A DNA stretch of 64,000 nucleotides from Octopus vulgaris (taxonomy: Eukaryota), in assembly GCA_951406725.2 (NCBI GenBank), contig OX597815.1, positions 131,626,001 to 131,690,000 of the forward strand. The letters run 5' to 3'. Numbering within the stretch: position 1 is the first letter of the stretch; each line of letters begins with the position of its first letter. Under the pieces are notes generated by a model, which saw only the letters and a program-made list of their open reading frames with translations, made no database searches and had not been told where the DNA came from. The translations under genes were made by a program, and so were the position numbers. Positions 1 to 13,188 of this stretch are shown here, piece by piece.

Positions 1-61
1 TATGAGGCGAAACAGCCTGCTGCTAGCCCTCTTATTTACTTTACTACATATTATTTACTTT

Positions 62-108
<47 letters not shown>

Positions 109-1195
109 TGGTTCAGTAAAAATTTAGTTGAATATGTTACTTTAGTTAAAGGCACCATAATTTGGTATGGTATTACCCATATAATTCAAAATGGGGTGAT
201 TATAATCAAAATAAGCAACAAGGATATCCAAAGGTAATGCAGTACGATCGTCTCATGCGACTCCATTTAATTAAACAATGCAAGTATTACATCTGTTTTA
301 AAGTGTAGGGCAATCTTCAGTTGCATATAAATATAGAATTTAGTTAAATTGGAAAGATTCATTTTTATTCATATTCCATTTACCAACATCACAAAGAGGA
401 TAAGTAGGTAGACAGAGAAACACGTTTCATCAACACAAACATGGTAGTAATTAATATTTTTTCATGGAGATACTGCTTATCATTGATTTTACTTTGCTAT
501 TTAGACTTAATATTGGGGAAGGAGGTTTAATACTATTCCATCAGGTATAGTGGAGACAAAAACAAGAATCTTTCTTTTATAGATAGAGGAAGAGACAGTT
601 TAAGTGGCAGAGCCATAAATCAAGTTCCCTTTGAAGAACTCAATTTGGTTAAGATGAATATATTTCAGCTAAAATTAGTAGGCCAAAACTGATGAGATAG
701 GGAGAATAGAAACTTCTAATACTTAACTATTTAATAGCGATAATCCTAATTGTGATATGAAATAAATAGGTATATTTTAGATAGTTTTTTCAAAGAATTC
801 GAATGATTTTAGTATCTTATAAAATATAGGGATGGAGAATATAAAAATGATTTCATATTTGTATATAAATATAAATCAAATTAATATAAATTTATAGTTA
901 ATTAGTAAATAGTAATTTATTGGTATTGAGTTAAATTAAAGGAATAATTTCATATGTTATCAACATGCTAATGACTTTAGAACGTATTTACTTGTGTTAT
1001 AAAATAGATAGTGAATTATAACAGTATGGTTCTGTATAGGTTTGTAGAAGATATAAAAATCAACTATCAGGAACACGAGTGGCTTGTTGCCACAGAAGGT
1101 TGTAAAGTGTTGCCGAATCGAAGTACGATAACCTGAACTAAGGTTATTTTATAGTTCATGGTTAGCAGCTGGGCTTACAGTATATGCGAATGAAT

Positions 1196-1450
1196 ATCCA
1201 AAAATTAGGGAATGGAGACGATATAATCCAGGCTGCATGTGTTTCATAGCCAGTAGAACCTCGGAAGTAGTAATTATAGAACTGGATATATCAGCGACAA
1301 TTTAAACTTCATATAATCAAGCTATCCTTAGACTGAAGTGTAGTTTGCAGTCTACATTTCGTTTGGATAATTAGTACTTCCGAGCTTCCGTTAATTATCA
1401 AACATATGTAGCCTGAATATTATCTACTCCATTCCCTAATTTTTGCATAT
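1196..1450. repeat. Imperfect inverted repeat (fold-back) in a degenerate Penelope-like remnant
   Basis: 1196-1280 (caaaaattagggaatggag...ctcggaagtagtaattat) is the approximate reverse complement of 1362-1450 (ataattagtacttccgag...ctccattccctaatttttg). Confidence 0.7.
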
Positions 1451-2459
1451 ATATATATATATATGTATATATAAATGCATGTGTGAGTATGTGTATGTGT
1501 TTGTGTGTGTGAGTGTGTATTGTCTTTTATGCATACTTTATTAAATGTATATGTTCAAGTTTTATCGTCTTTATATTATTCGTACTATCAGTTTCCTATA
1601 GTAGGTTTGGCACAGTAGAATTTCAAAATATGAAGTTGAATCGGTGAGAAAACAAATCAACCGACATCCAAACCTACGCGGATTTCCCCAGATCATGTAA
1701 TTTCTAAAAAGACAGAAAGAAACATACGGGACTTAAAAGACGAGTGCTAATTACATTGATCAACAATCTTCCAGGGATAAGGATAAATATTTAATTCATT
1801 TGTAAAGAACATCCTGCAATTTTGGGATCTAGATACGTTGAGCAAGAAAGTGTGAAAAATGGTGTTTACAGCAAACATAACTTTAGAGGTTAAAAAAAGA
1901 CCAATAAGTGTTTGGGACACCTTTAGAGATGTACACACTAGAGAAAGTTAATTTTGGAGTCATGGTAATGCAGTGATGTAACACAAGAATTGAAAGATGC
2001 TACTATTGGCCCTATATTTAAGAAGACTGAGAAGAAGATTATAGTATAAATATTCTCATTAAAGAAAAGATAGGATAAGAAAATGAGATACTTGAAATTG
2101 AGTTCAGAGAGTTAGGGATTTCGATAGAAATAATTAATGTTCTGCCTGCAACAATCACAGGAGAATATGTGGAACAGGACGATGCTTTGTATGTTGTTCC
2201 TATTGACTTCACCAATCATTCTCTACAATGAACCAATCAAGCTTGTGAGAGGGACTCCGGAGGTTTGTAAAGCACTAAAATGTATTCACTCATGTGAAAG
2301 AGCCCTCACAGAGTAGAATGAGAGTCGAAATATAAATGATATCGATAAATTTCAACCGTATGCAGCTTGTTACTATATCTCTGTCTGCACGCTAGCACCA
2401 TCATTATCTCCCTTAGTTTAATAGTTCTTCAGTAATTCTGATATATATATATATATATA

Positions 2460-3140
2460 TAGAAAATATAAGTTGAAAATGCACGGAGAATAGTTAAAAT
2501 ATTTGTTATTAATATATTTGAAGCTTTAACCGGTTTCACAGCTTACACTGATTTTCAAAAAGTTCAAATAGAAAGGCGTGGCTTATGTCTCAGCTGTCTT
2601 GCTTCTAACCAGTGTTTTATGGCTCAAATTAGTATACGCCTTGAATAATATTTGATTGAATGAGGAGAGTCAGGTGTCTGGTCTTACAAACTATTGTGTG
2701 TTGGTATCAAGTGACAATAGCGTTGTAAGTTAAGGCTGAGACGGTTAACTGAACATATCCAAGCAATCAATGCTCTGATTGTTTTCTATCAGGTGTTTGT
2801 AGAGAATGAATACATGATTAAGTTTATAAACTTTTGTATGTTTCCCCGCTACGCTCGTGCGTTAGTATCACGTGACGGTATATTTTACATCTGAAAACAA
2901 GGCTGAAGGTGTTATGTGGGGTGTCGGTGTGGGGTGTCGGTGTATCGGTAGTAGTGTGGTGAGGAGGAGTTGTCGGTGGTATCACCGAAGAGAGAAGGTG
3001 GGTAGGTGTGAAGAGACGAAGTAGGTGTCAGATGAAGGGAGGAGGGTAGGTTGGGGAAGATGTGCAAGGTGGAGGGGTCGGACTGGAGTTGCCGGAAGGC
3101 TCGGAGAACGGTGTGTTAGAGGGGCAGGATGGAGGGTTGG
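2460..3140 (-). mobile_element. Degenerate Penelope-like element 3' remnant with HHR
   Basis: Minus strand reads ..LYKHLIENNQSID.. (GIY-YIG C-terminal-like), followed by an HHR motif at 2520-2565; abuts (TA)n. Confidence 0.45.
2520..2565 (-). ncRNA. Minimal type I hammerhead ribozyme, U3:A8 variant
   Basis: GAACTTT TTGAAAA TCAG-TGTAAG-CTGT GAAA CCGG TT AAAGCTTC: stem I CTTT/AAAG, stem II CAG/CTG, palindromic stem III. Confidence 0.6.
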
Positions 3141-3294
3141 TAGGTGACACATACATACATACACACACACATACACACACACATATATATATATATTGTA
3201 TATGTGTGAGTGTTTGTGTATGTGTGTGTTTGTGTGTGTGTGTAAGTATGTATACATACTCATGCAGCCAATGATACAAACCTAAGAACGACGT

Positions 3295-3870
3295 CACACT
3301 TATGTTAATTAGAAATGTTTTGCAAGATGATCACACTGTTGTCTTCCGTAGTGCAGAGGATATTCAGAGCAGGTTGGATGCTTTCAACGACACAGCCATA
3401 AACATTGAAACGAAAATTAATATAAGGAACAATGGTGGTACTTTTTTTTTTATTAAAGGTATAATAATCCTTATGAAAGGGCAGGAGTTTGAAAAGGACA
3501 GCTAGTGTACCTATCCCTGCAGTAACATAGGTAATGATAGTAGAGACAGGGACAAACTTGATCGTAGAATGAGCAAGAAGCATCTTGGAATTCCCAATCT
3601 TGGGGGTACAATTGTGGAACAACAAGGTCGTTTTGATTCTAGTGAAGTGCAATGACTTCCAAGCAGTAGTGTTATCCAGCTTATTATGTATGTCAGATTA
3701 ATATTATCCAACTTATTGTGTAGAACAGATTCGAAACTGCATGTATACTTGATGAGACCTTCAGAGGGATCATAAACGTCAGACCAAGAGACAGTGTTGA
3801 ATACTATCTCATATTAGAGAAAACCGAGCCCCTTAGCGTGGAAGAGACATAGGTGCAATGAAACCTCCAC
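3295..3870 (+). mobile_element. RTE-clade LINE reverse transcriptase remnant
   Basis: IRNVLQDDHTVVFRSAEDIQSRLDAF..KIN..KGQEFEK..TY..S.I.ND resembles the RTE RT YADD region and downstream motifs; contains stops and frameshifts. Confidence 0.7.
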
Positions 3871-4017
3871 TGGTTTCAAAATGTTAAAGACTTGTAGCCA
3901 AGTGAAATTACGTTATGCAACTATATTCTATAAAGTGTATTAAGTGTTTTTATGAGTGAATACCACGTCCTACTGCATTAGTAGTGCTCTTTAGATTATT
4001 TTGTTACGGTTATTTCT

Positions 4018-4420
4018 ACAGCACTGATTTTTTGCTACAATGTTTCGTATCGAGGCGCCAGATGTAAACAAATAATGAGATCGGATGTAAAAATGGGTAA
4101 TGAGTGTATATGCCATATTTGGGATTTTTGCCCCTTCATCAGCACTCAAGTAATCCACTCTTGCCTCCGAACACATTGTTTATACAGCCGCCACTTACAG
4201 CAGTCTAAAGTTATTGGATATACCAATTTACACATTAAACTTTACACGGCTGAATGCTGTGTTCGGAGGCAAGTGTGTGTTAGATGAGTGCTGATGAAGA
4301 GGCTAACACCAACCCTAAAATTTATGCATATACACTCATTAACCATTTTTGTCTCCGATCTCATTGTTTGTTTACATCTGAGATCTTGATATGAAACGTT
4401 GTAGCAAAAAGTCAGCGCTG
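4018..4420. repeat. Inverted pair of ~180-bp HHR-bearing repeats (Penelope pLTR-like)
   Basis: 4018-4200 and 4245-4420 are diverged reverse complements. Each arm has GAGTG CTGATGA ... CATA TA CACTC (4102-4147 minus, 4286-4337 plus), with G12 of GAAA lost. Confidence 0.75.
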
Positions 4421-5567
4421 GCTATAATTTTTGTAAAAATATAACCTTAAAAAAATAAGGTTTGAAAATGTTCCGAAAATATAGGAAGCTCAGTAAGTAA
4501 AACATATCATGTATCCACAGTCATCAGCTGGTACGAAACATCAGTATGCGTAAAGTGTATGTATACGACATACACATAATAGGTATGAAGGTATTCATAA
4601 CATGATGTGAGGAGATACATGACAGCGGTAGGAGTACACCAACTGATGTCAGAAACCAGTTAAGAAAATCAATTCACTTGCAATAATACAGCAATCGATA
4701 TTTCGTACGGATAGTCATAATAGATTGTCGGCAGACTGCGTGCAATGGTGAATATACGTGGGCATCAGAGAACAGAATGAAATATAAGGAAATTATGCAA
4801 CACGATCCAAATTTGTGATTCCTCTATTTACTATTTGACAGTTGTTTGTATTATCATTTAGAAGGACGTTAATGCCATAATCCTACTTTCTTAGAATCAT
4901 AATTTTCTTAATACAGCTAATAATCCATTACAGGATATTGATAATTACAGAATAAGCAAAGTAATAAACACAGATATTGCATTCTTGCATATATAGAATT
5001 TCATCTGCGCGTCAAATACATAACAAAACAAATCCATTAATTCCTGTTTCATGACTCCCTATAACCTGATAGTAGCAACGAAGTTCTTTTCAACAAAATC
5101 AATTATCTATTCTCGGAAACCTTATGTTTAAATCCCGCAAATCCGTACTAAATTCATTAAAGAAATGCGTTATACGGCGAATAATAATATTATACCACAC
5201 AATATGGATAAATACAGGTAAAATGCGTAAATTATTCGTATATTGATACGAAATGTATATATTGTATGTACAACTATACAGTCTTTGCATAACAATATTT
5301 AGTTTAATTCGGAGTAGTTTTCATATAAGTTCATTGTGTTATCGCCTACCCACGATTTAATATATAAATCCCTTTTATGTCCTTTCTTTTACTTATCTCC
5401 CACTATCCCCTTCCTCTAACTAAATTCTCCCTCTCTCTCAAATATATATATACGTGTGTGTGCGTGAGTGTGCGTATGTGTGTGTGTGTATTCATGCATG
5501 CAGATAGGCACATGCACACACACTTTTGTATATATGCACACGCATAAATACGATATACGTATACATC

Positions 5568-5645
<78 letters not shown>

Positions 5646-5651
<6 letters not shown>

Positions 5652-6028
5652 TATGAGAGGTAATGGTGTCACTAACGCCCAAAAGTGTCAGAATGAGATA
5701 AAAAACCAAGGCTGTGAAGATTTTAGAACATTTATAAATAGGTCTTACAATTGTTTCCAGAACATTTATTATATCCCTTCATCGAAGACGGTGTGAGAAA
5801 ATGATTAAGCAATAGATAATTTAGATAAGATACGAAATAAAGAGTGACGTAGAGCAATGAAAATAGATGTGAGATATGCAGAGATATTGCATTTGTAGAT
5901 CCATTATTTAGGCAGAATGGTATACATATAAGATTCCAGTACCTTGTGAGTAAATTCCAATGGTGTTTAAAGTTGGTCATTCCAAGTATCCAGTTTGTAC
6001 ACAGTGCTATTGAATCGAGGGTTTTATT

Positions 6029-6116
<88 letters not shown>

Positions 6117-6800
6117 AATAAAACCCTCGATTCAATAGCACTGTGTACAAACTCGATATATATATATAGCTGAGGTTATAAGAGATAATGGTGTCATGTA
6201 ATGCTGAATAAGTGCTATAGACAGACCATATTTAAGTTCCAGATTCAGTAATATTGCGAATAAAGGGTTCAACGTTGGTTCTATGTCAGCGTGTGTATAT
6301 AAGAATTTTTTGCGTAATGAGATAAAAAAAAACCAAGGCTGTATAGATATTAGAGCATTTATAGATAGAAGGTCTTACAGCTGTTTCTAGGATATTAATT
6401 AATAATATCCCTTCATCGGAGACGGTGTGACAGGAAAAATTAAGTCATAGTTAGTTTCGATGTGATACAAATAGGGATTGTGGTGGAGGAAAGAAAATAG
6501 ATGTAAGATATGTATGTGTATTGATTTCGTAAATCCGTTTTATAGGTATAATGGTACATATGCAATATTCCAATATCGTTTGAGTAAAATCCAAAAGTCC
6601 AACAGAGTTTAATATCAGTTCATCCAAATATAGAGTTTATAAGCAATGTAATCTCTATATTTGGATGGATTCATATTAAACTATGTTGGACTTTTGGATT
6701 TTATTCAAAGGATATTGGAATATTGCATATATACCATTATGCCCATAAAAAGGATTTATGAAACCAATACCCATACATATCTTACATCTATTTGTTTCCT
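5646..6800 (-). mobile_element. Two direct copies of an HHR-bearing pLTR-like repeat, each with a terminal fold-back
   Basis: 5646-6010 resembles 6172-6636; HHRs at 5742-5789 and 6372-6423; inverted arms at 5992-6153 and 6487-6636/6654-6800; a related fragment lies at ~19475-19742. Confidence 0.7.
6372..6423 (-). ncRNA. Type I hammerhead ribozyme (C4 variant)
   Basis: GTCT CCGATGA AGGGATATT-ATTAATT-AATATCCTA GAAA CAGCTG TA AGAC; paralog at 5742-5789. Confidence 0.7.
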
Positions 6801-8334
6801 ATTTACGATAACCAAGATCAAATCTGACTGATGAACTCATTAATGCAGGAATTTGAAACAAGACCGTTAGTTTTATCTCATCAGTTTGGTGATTATTTGT
6901 AATTAGCTTATGCTAGCTCTTTGTCTTTCCAGTGTGCTTTCTAACGAGCATTGCTACCATCATTAAATATCTATTGTGGAGAGTAATACTCTAGATTAGT
7001 GGTGTATTGAATGATTTTATTTGCTGCGGTTTAAGAGATAAAAGGAAATTGAAAGGACAAGATACAAATATTTTGGCATTTGACAGACCAAGTGTTTTGA
7101 TTTGATTCCACTTAGTCTTTACTCAAAATTGCTACTCATGTGACTAACTTAGAAACCAGTATTGTTGTTCTTTCTATTTTGTTCTCACACAATAAGACGT
7201 TGGATTAACCAGTATGGGCCGTTTCTCTCCAGTTTATCTTTGATCTGTGAGCAAGGCTCAGCCATTGTCTCAAGTTATATTCTACAGCAAACTCGATTGT
7301 TTACACCTACTTAACTGCACGAATGTCCGTTCCGTCTGCCAATAGGACGATTAATATATTTTATTATCAACTGTATCTTAATTAACAGGATTATAGTAAT
7401 TATTCACATCCTTCTCGGAGAGTAGGAACAATTGATGTTATCGTATTCTTAAATTATAACAGCAATTACAACATTGATCATTAATCATTACAATAATGCC
7501 AGTAGTAGTAATTAAAACAATCGCAATGAAGACAATTGATATTAACTAATATATGGCATCAGTAATTGATGCTTCTAATCTATGTGCAGAATTGAGTATG
7601 AAATTCTATTTCAGAACCGTCTCTTTAAACTTGACATTCTTCTGGGTTCGTTAACAACACTAACAGCAATGATGTTAAACAATGCCGAAATATGTGGAGA
7701 AGCAAACAATAAAAGTGTTTTCTCCATTCTAATATATAAAACTATAGCCGAATAGAGCCTTCTAAGTCAAAATAATATTCGTAAGTAGTACATTTCGATT
7801 GAAAGTGAACAGCTAGAGAAGTGAAAAATAAATTGTTGCTATGCTTTTCTCGACACGACACAGTGACCATCACACATATTTAGTAAATAAAAAAATAAAA
7901 TATTATAATATATAAATATTATGCCTCTGTTTCTTTAAAAGAATAGAAGTCAATCTGAGGGAAATTTGGCTGATATGTCTAAAGCAATTTGTAGAGTGCG
8001 TTGATATTTTTTGGTGCCTATAGGCAAGTAGCTTTCACCAAGGTATGTTTACAGGGTTGAGCCTATCAATTTTAAAAGCTGTACATCAGATGTAGGTTAA
8101 ACACTCTACCACAAGCTTCTAGAAATGTCGACAGTTTTCGGAGCATCTATAACTTTAACCCCTAAGAAATAATTATCTTCATTAACATTGGATGGAACTG
8201 GTGAGGATGATAGGTATCAGGGCTCCTCAACTGATAATTCATCTCCTCAGATTTTCCAGCTGTGTTATACACTGTAAGCTTGCAATGTAAATATATATTT
8301 TCACGTTTCTATTCCTTCCCACCCTCTTCCCTGT

Positions 8335-8500
8335 AGTTTTAGTTTTAGTTTTTCACACACAGTTGGTCTGGACATCGGGCAGCAAGACGTCTCCAATAAG
8401 CCTGGTTTTGAGAGCTGCCTGAATTTCTCCAGATGATGATTATCTGCTTCAGATCTTCTTCGAAGGTGACGCGCCATGTCTTTCCATATTACTTTATTAT
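8335..8500 (-). mobile_element. RTE LINE 3' end
   Basis: GKTWRVTFEEDLKQIIIIW..QAYWRRLAARC* matches the RTE C-terminal TWR..DL..W..WR pattern, followed by a (CTAAAA)n tail. Confidence 0.65.
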
Positions 8501-8834
8501 TTTATCTTTGTTCCCAACTCTAACCGTCGCTCTCGTTTGCCTTTCCTTCACACAATGCGTCTCTATTTATTCGAATCATGACTAGATATACCTTAATTCT
8601 CCAGGAACCACAACATAAAATATATATATTTCCAATGCTATATATCATAACAATTCATATAGTGTGCGATAACTGGTATCCGTATCAAGGAAAATGTCTG
8701 AGGTTTTAACATCAAAATTTATGACAACTGGAATCAGTCTGATCCTTCGTTATTCACATATTAAAATACATTTCACATGTTGACATTGGGCTCAATAATT
8801 TTACCAAAGACTCTTATTATATTGCTTGTCTTAT

Positions 8835-8879
<45 letters not shown>

Positions 8880-9461
8880 GCACTCAACGACAGCTTAGAA
8901 TTACTAATTAAATTTTCTTCGATCACAACTTGTTATAAGTAAAGACACAACACAGTGGAGAATATAGTCTCTTATAACACCTAAAATGTCACGGATGAAA
9001 TGTCTCACAACTTAAGTTTCTTCATTGAAGCTTGATTTGGGGTTAGACAACGCAAATCCCTGACAAGTAAAACAAAAATAACTAAACATAAATAAATGTA
9101 GAAATATCATTATAGTGTGTCTCTAAAATGAAAGCGACGGGCACAACAGGCTCTTAGGTTAGTGTTTAAATAATTTCAGTGTAGATCTTACTAGCGATTT
9201 TTCTGAAATAATGTCATGTGAACAATTTATAAATATTTATTTTATAAATTGGTTTTCAAAAACCACTCGATGGTTCTATCAAATATCTGTGTATCACATT
9301 TGTTTGTAATAATTGAAGTCTAATATATGTGTATGTGTTTATAATTAAATAAGTCGGATGGGAGCAGCTGGTGAAATGTCTAGCTCATATGAGATGAAAA
9401 TATTATAAATTTAATATTTTATGTTTAAATTATCAACAGACTGTACATTGTGTTCTGACAG

Positions 9462-9508
<47 letters not shown>

Positions 9509-9837
9509 TGTGTGTGTGGGTGTGTGTGTGTGTCTGTTTCTGTGTGTGTGTCCTTGTTTCTGTGTGTGTGTTTCTGTGTGTATACATACATACATATGAG
9601 GTGTGTGTGTGTAAAACGCTAGTTTTTTCAGGTTCTTGTAATTTGAGATAAATTTTAGTAAATGTCTATTATGAAAAAGAATGAAATATATATATACACA
9701 TGTATATATGTGTATTTACATATGTATATATATGCATATATAATATATATGTATGTCTATATATATTTACATATATATGTATATATGTGCATTTACATAT
9801 GTATGTATATGTATGCATATATATATATATATATATA

Positions 9838-10314
9838 TGACGGTGCCGAGCCTTTCTGGTGACGTCGATGTTCGCCTGGGGCTAAATGCAACAGTAACAC
9901 CCCCACCACCCTGCCCTGTCCCTAGCCATATTCAGATGGCTTTAGTCCCTTATGTTATCGAGCAGTTACTGTCTATATCCCTTTTAGAGAATTATTATTG
10001 CTTTCGAACAGATTTTCGAAATCAGCAAATGTATTTTGCTTGAAAATCTATATAAGAAAATCCTGCAGAGTGAGAATTCGTCGAGGAAGCGGAGGCCTAC
10101 CACACGCCGATGATAGGCAATACACCTTGAAACCATGGTCCGTGTGTGGTTTCCGCTTCATCGGGGAATTACCTCCCTTTGCAGGTTAAGGGCACCGTGA
10201 CGGTGTCGAGCCTTTCTGGTGACGTCGATGTTCGCCTGGGGCTAAATGCAACAGTAACACCCCCACCACCCTGCCCTGTCCCTAGCCATATTCAGATGGC
10301 TTTAGTCCCTTATG

Positions 10315-10318
<4 letters not shown>
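9838..10318 (+). mobile_element. Retrozyme-like element: 360-nt unit plus 121-nt direct repeat, with HHR, inserted in (TA)n
   Basis: 9838-9958 equals 10198-10318 with one mismatch (period 360); central HHR at 10101-10146; flanked by TA runs on both sides. Confidence 0.8.
10062..10185 (+). ncRNA. Type I hammerhead ribozyme with long rod-like stem I; predicted cleavage after GUC at 10140
   Basis: CACACG CCGATGA TAGG-CAATACA-CCTT GAAA CCATGG TC CGTGTG; stem I extends via GAAGCGGA/TCCGCTTC, AATTC/GAATT and CCTGCA/TGCAGG. Confidence 0.8.
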
Positions 10319-10389
<71 letters not shown>

Positions 10390-10391
<2 letters not shown>

Positions 10392-10595
10392 GTAAATAAA
10401 AAAGACGAAGAACAACACAAGAAAAAAAGCAATAACGCGAGGACGTGGTACATACAAAGTATTAGCAGACGCTCAGGGAAGGAAAAAAAAAAAAAAGGTG
10501 ATTTTGCGTTTCGAGCAAAGCTCTTCATCAGAAACAGGAGACAGAGGGATGTCCAAGGGAAAAGCAAGACTGGGGGAAAATCGCCAACTTTTCAC
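10390..10595 (-). mobile_element. Short pLTR-like repeat with minimal HHR (10501-10535)
   Basis: GTTT CTGATGA AGAGC-TTT-GCTC GAAA CG CA AAAT; homologous copy at 31800-32040. Confidence 0.7.
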
Positions 10596-10674
10596 ATGTG
10601 AAAAATGTTGCATCTTTGCTAACGTTTGAGAATCTCCTTGCTTCTATCTGAAATGATGGTAACGACAATGAAAC

Positions 10675-10875
10675 CGTTCCTAGACATGGGCAAATTGACT
10701 TCATTCAAAATTTGCATCAATACAACATTGTATTTCAAAAATTGCTTTGAGAACTTCTTCGTGACGCTAGAAGAATGAACATTAATTTTAAACTGATACA
10801 ACTAGTCGAACGAGAATGGTAAAGATAGTGGCCTACATTTCCTTGGCATGAATACACTTTTGTGCTGCCATAACA
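10675..10875 (-). mobile_element. Possible Helitron Pif1-type helicase C-terminal remnant
   Basis: SVFMPR..LPFSF*LYQF.I......K.S.Q.LK resembles Helitron VFIPR..LPF.F.R.QFP....TINKSQGQ; heavily degraded. Confidence 0.4.
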
Positions 10876-11366
10876 TACGAAAAGTATTTTTGTTGCTCGT
10901 CATGTTTCAACCAGTATTTATAAAGAATGTGTTAAGAATAATGTGTGATGTACATGTTGATGTTGTTTATAATGTCATATTAAAGTAAAAAAATATATAC
11001 ATCAAACCCATTCATACAAAATCTATTTCCTATATATTTCTTAATTCATCTTATTTCATTCAACTAGAAAATATATACATTTGATAAGTTATATTAAGTA
11101 TTGTTATTGAAGTTTAGAAAAGTGTAAACTCTAAGAGTGCATTGTTTTACAATTTTCCATTGTAAATCGAATATGTTCAATTTCTTCAGAACTATGGCAC
11201 CTAAGATTTGACCTTGGAATTAAGATAATATAGATTACACATATTCCATCTAATTATTTAATATTTAGTCATATAACCTTTTTGTGCATAAAATCAATTT
11301 CAGTAGAAAGTACTGAAAACGTTGAATTCAAATGTGGTCGTAAATATACATAATACTTCACTCAGA

Positions 11367-11548
<182 letters not shown>

Positions 11549-12619
11549 TGTCTGTCTGTTTGTCTGTCTCTCTGAATGTTTCCGTCTACACGTGAATACT
11601 CTTTCATATACACATATACACATACACACATACAATGGAGTAACGTGGGATAAAATATTTTTAAGAGTCGTGAATTAGTCACTTAGTTTGTTGAAATTCA
11701 TTCTGTTGTTTGTTCGTCAATGGGAACGAAGCATTAATAGTCATATCAAGTGTATACATTATAAGCAGCTATATATCCGGCTGACATGCTGTCGAGTGAG
11801 TCCTTGCAAATCAGCTAAATGGACTTTTCTGAATTCTAAGATGCTTATGTTGGTAGAAACTGCATTAATGTACACTCATGATATTAAAGCCGAACTGCAC
11901 TCTCTATTAAACGTCTTCCTTGTCTATGATGAAGAATAAATTAGTTATTTTTGAATTCGAAGAAGATGCCTAAGCTTTCAAATATAATTTTAGTTTTATA
12001 GATGTCTTGCAAACAACTTGCACATGCAAGTGCTACCAGTCAAAACCTCCGCATACCGGAAGCCAGCAAGTGTATGGGGTCATCAGGAGAGAATGCGCGC
12101 CGTTTCGGGGCCTACCTCTCGACGGCATCAATGCACACCGGCCCCCCTCACTGATATGAGGCCCCGCTTGCTAGATCAGCTGGTTATCAAATAAAGCTTA
12201 ATATTCTTCTAGCAATCGCTCATCGTCTCTTTTTAACCAAATCCAGTGACTAACCCTCTCCACTGTAGTTTGGATATCAGTCATGGTGGTATTGACTTTA
12301 CGATGAGTTAGGCCTAACGATAACAACAGTCGCCTCACACTGTGTTCAACGAACCCTTTACATCATATGATTGCTCTCAAAGATCATCACATATCGCAAT
12401 ATCTGCAATTTATTGCATAAATTAAACAGATGAAAACCATACATATGATGTAGTGCCTCACATTTCTGTTCGCGCTCAGCTGAAGGAAATCGTTTCGGTT
12501 GTTCTCTGGGGCCTTGATTAACAATGCGATGCAATTTTGGCATCAGGTGTACAGAGGGCGTCCTATTGTACTTGTTACGGAAAGGTCAATAACCGTGCTT
12601 TGTGAATACGCTTATATAA

Positions 12620-12685
12620 ACATTATTTACATTATTTGCATTTGTCCTCATCTTGTTTGCTGTTAACATAACGTTTCGGCTCATA
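12620..12685 (-). mobile_element. 3' fragment of the Penelope pLTR seen at 16340-16415
   Basis: Reverse complement GAGCCGAAACGTTATGTTAACAGCAAACAAGATGAGGACAAAT matches 16350-16390. Confidence 0.7.
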
Positions 12686-12699
12686 TTATAAGAATACAT

Positions 12700-13090
12700 A
12701 CACATACAAAGACTGTGTGCTACAGACATATGTACTAGTAATACATAAAAGAATAAAAGATCAGTTACGTACGGCCGTTTCTGTCAAGAGGCCACGATAT
12801 CTCCATCTCTTCAGTGTTTTGTAGGGATGGGTAGATAAAGTTAAGATGTTGAGTGTGCTAATAGGCTTCTTCAGAGGGTCTACCAATAGGTACTGTATAT
12901 TTTTCTTATTGAAGAGGGCATATGAAGAATATGAGCAAAATTTTGAGTGTGAGAGGAGTACAACTTAGTAAAATGGATTAGGTATAGGAAAGGGAAATAA
13001 ATCATAGATTTCCAGTTTTGCCTTCCAAGATTCATGTTATTTTAATGCTTCCTTATGTTTTGGAATAAATAGACATAATAGAATGTCTAC
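12700..13090 (-). mobile_element. pLTR-like repeat with degenerate HHR (12764-12820)
   Basis: CTGAAGA ... GAAA CGGCCG TA with palindromic stem III; stems I and II are degraded. Confidence 0.4.
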
Positions 13091-13135
13091 CGACTGATGT
13101 ATGTCATTTTTGTATCCCCTCCATTTTCTTTTTTG

Positions 13136-13188
<53 letters not shown>

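Noticed and set aside
2982-3297. Pro/His-rich and Gly-rich ORFs
   Set aside because: Overlapping frames through a G-rich repeat remnant plus microsatellite; no splice or domain support
6822-6872. CTGATGA...GAAAC as an HHR
   Set aside because: Stems II and III and the UH site cannot be formed convincingly
9893-9945. Twister-ribozyme-like TAACAC...CCTGTCCCTAGCC
   Set aside because: The partner strands needed for P2 and the pseudoknots are not evident
9753-10601. 96-aa and 151-aa ORFs sharing [14 protein letters not shown]
   Set aside because: The identity comes from the 121-bp direct repeat; frames run through TA tracts, and the sequence is better explained as structured RNA
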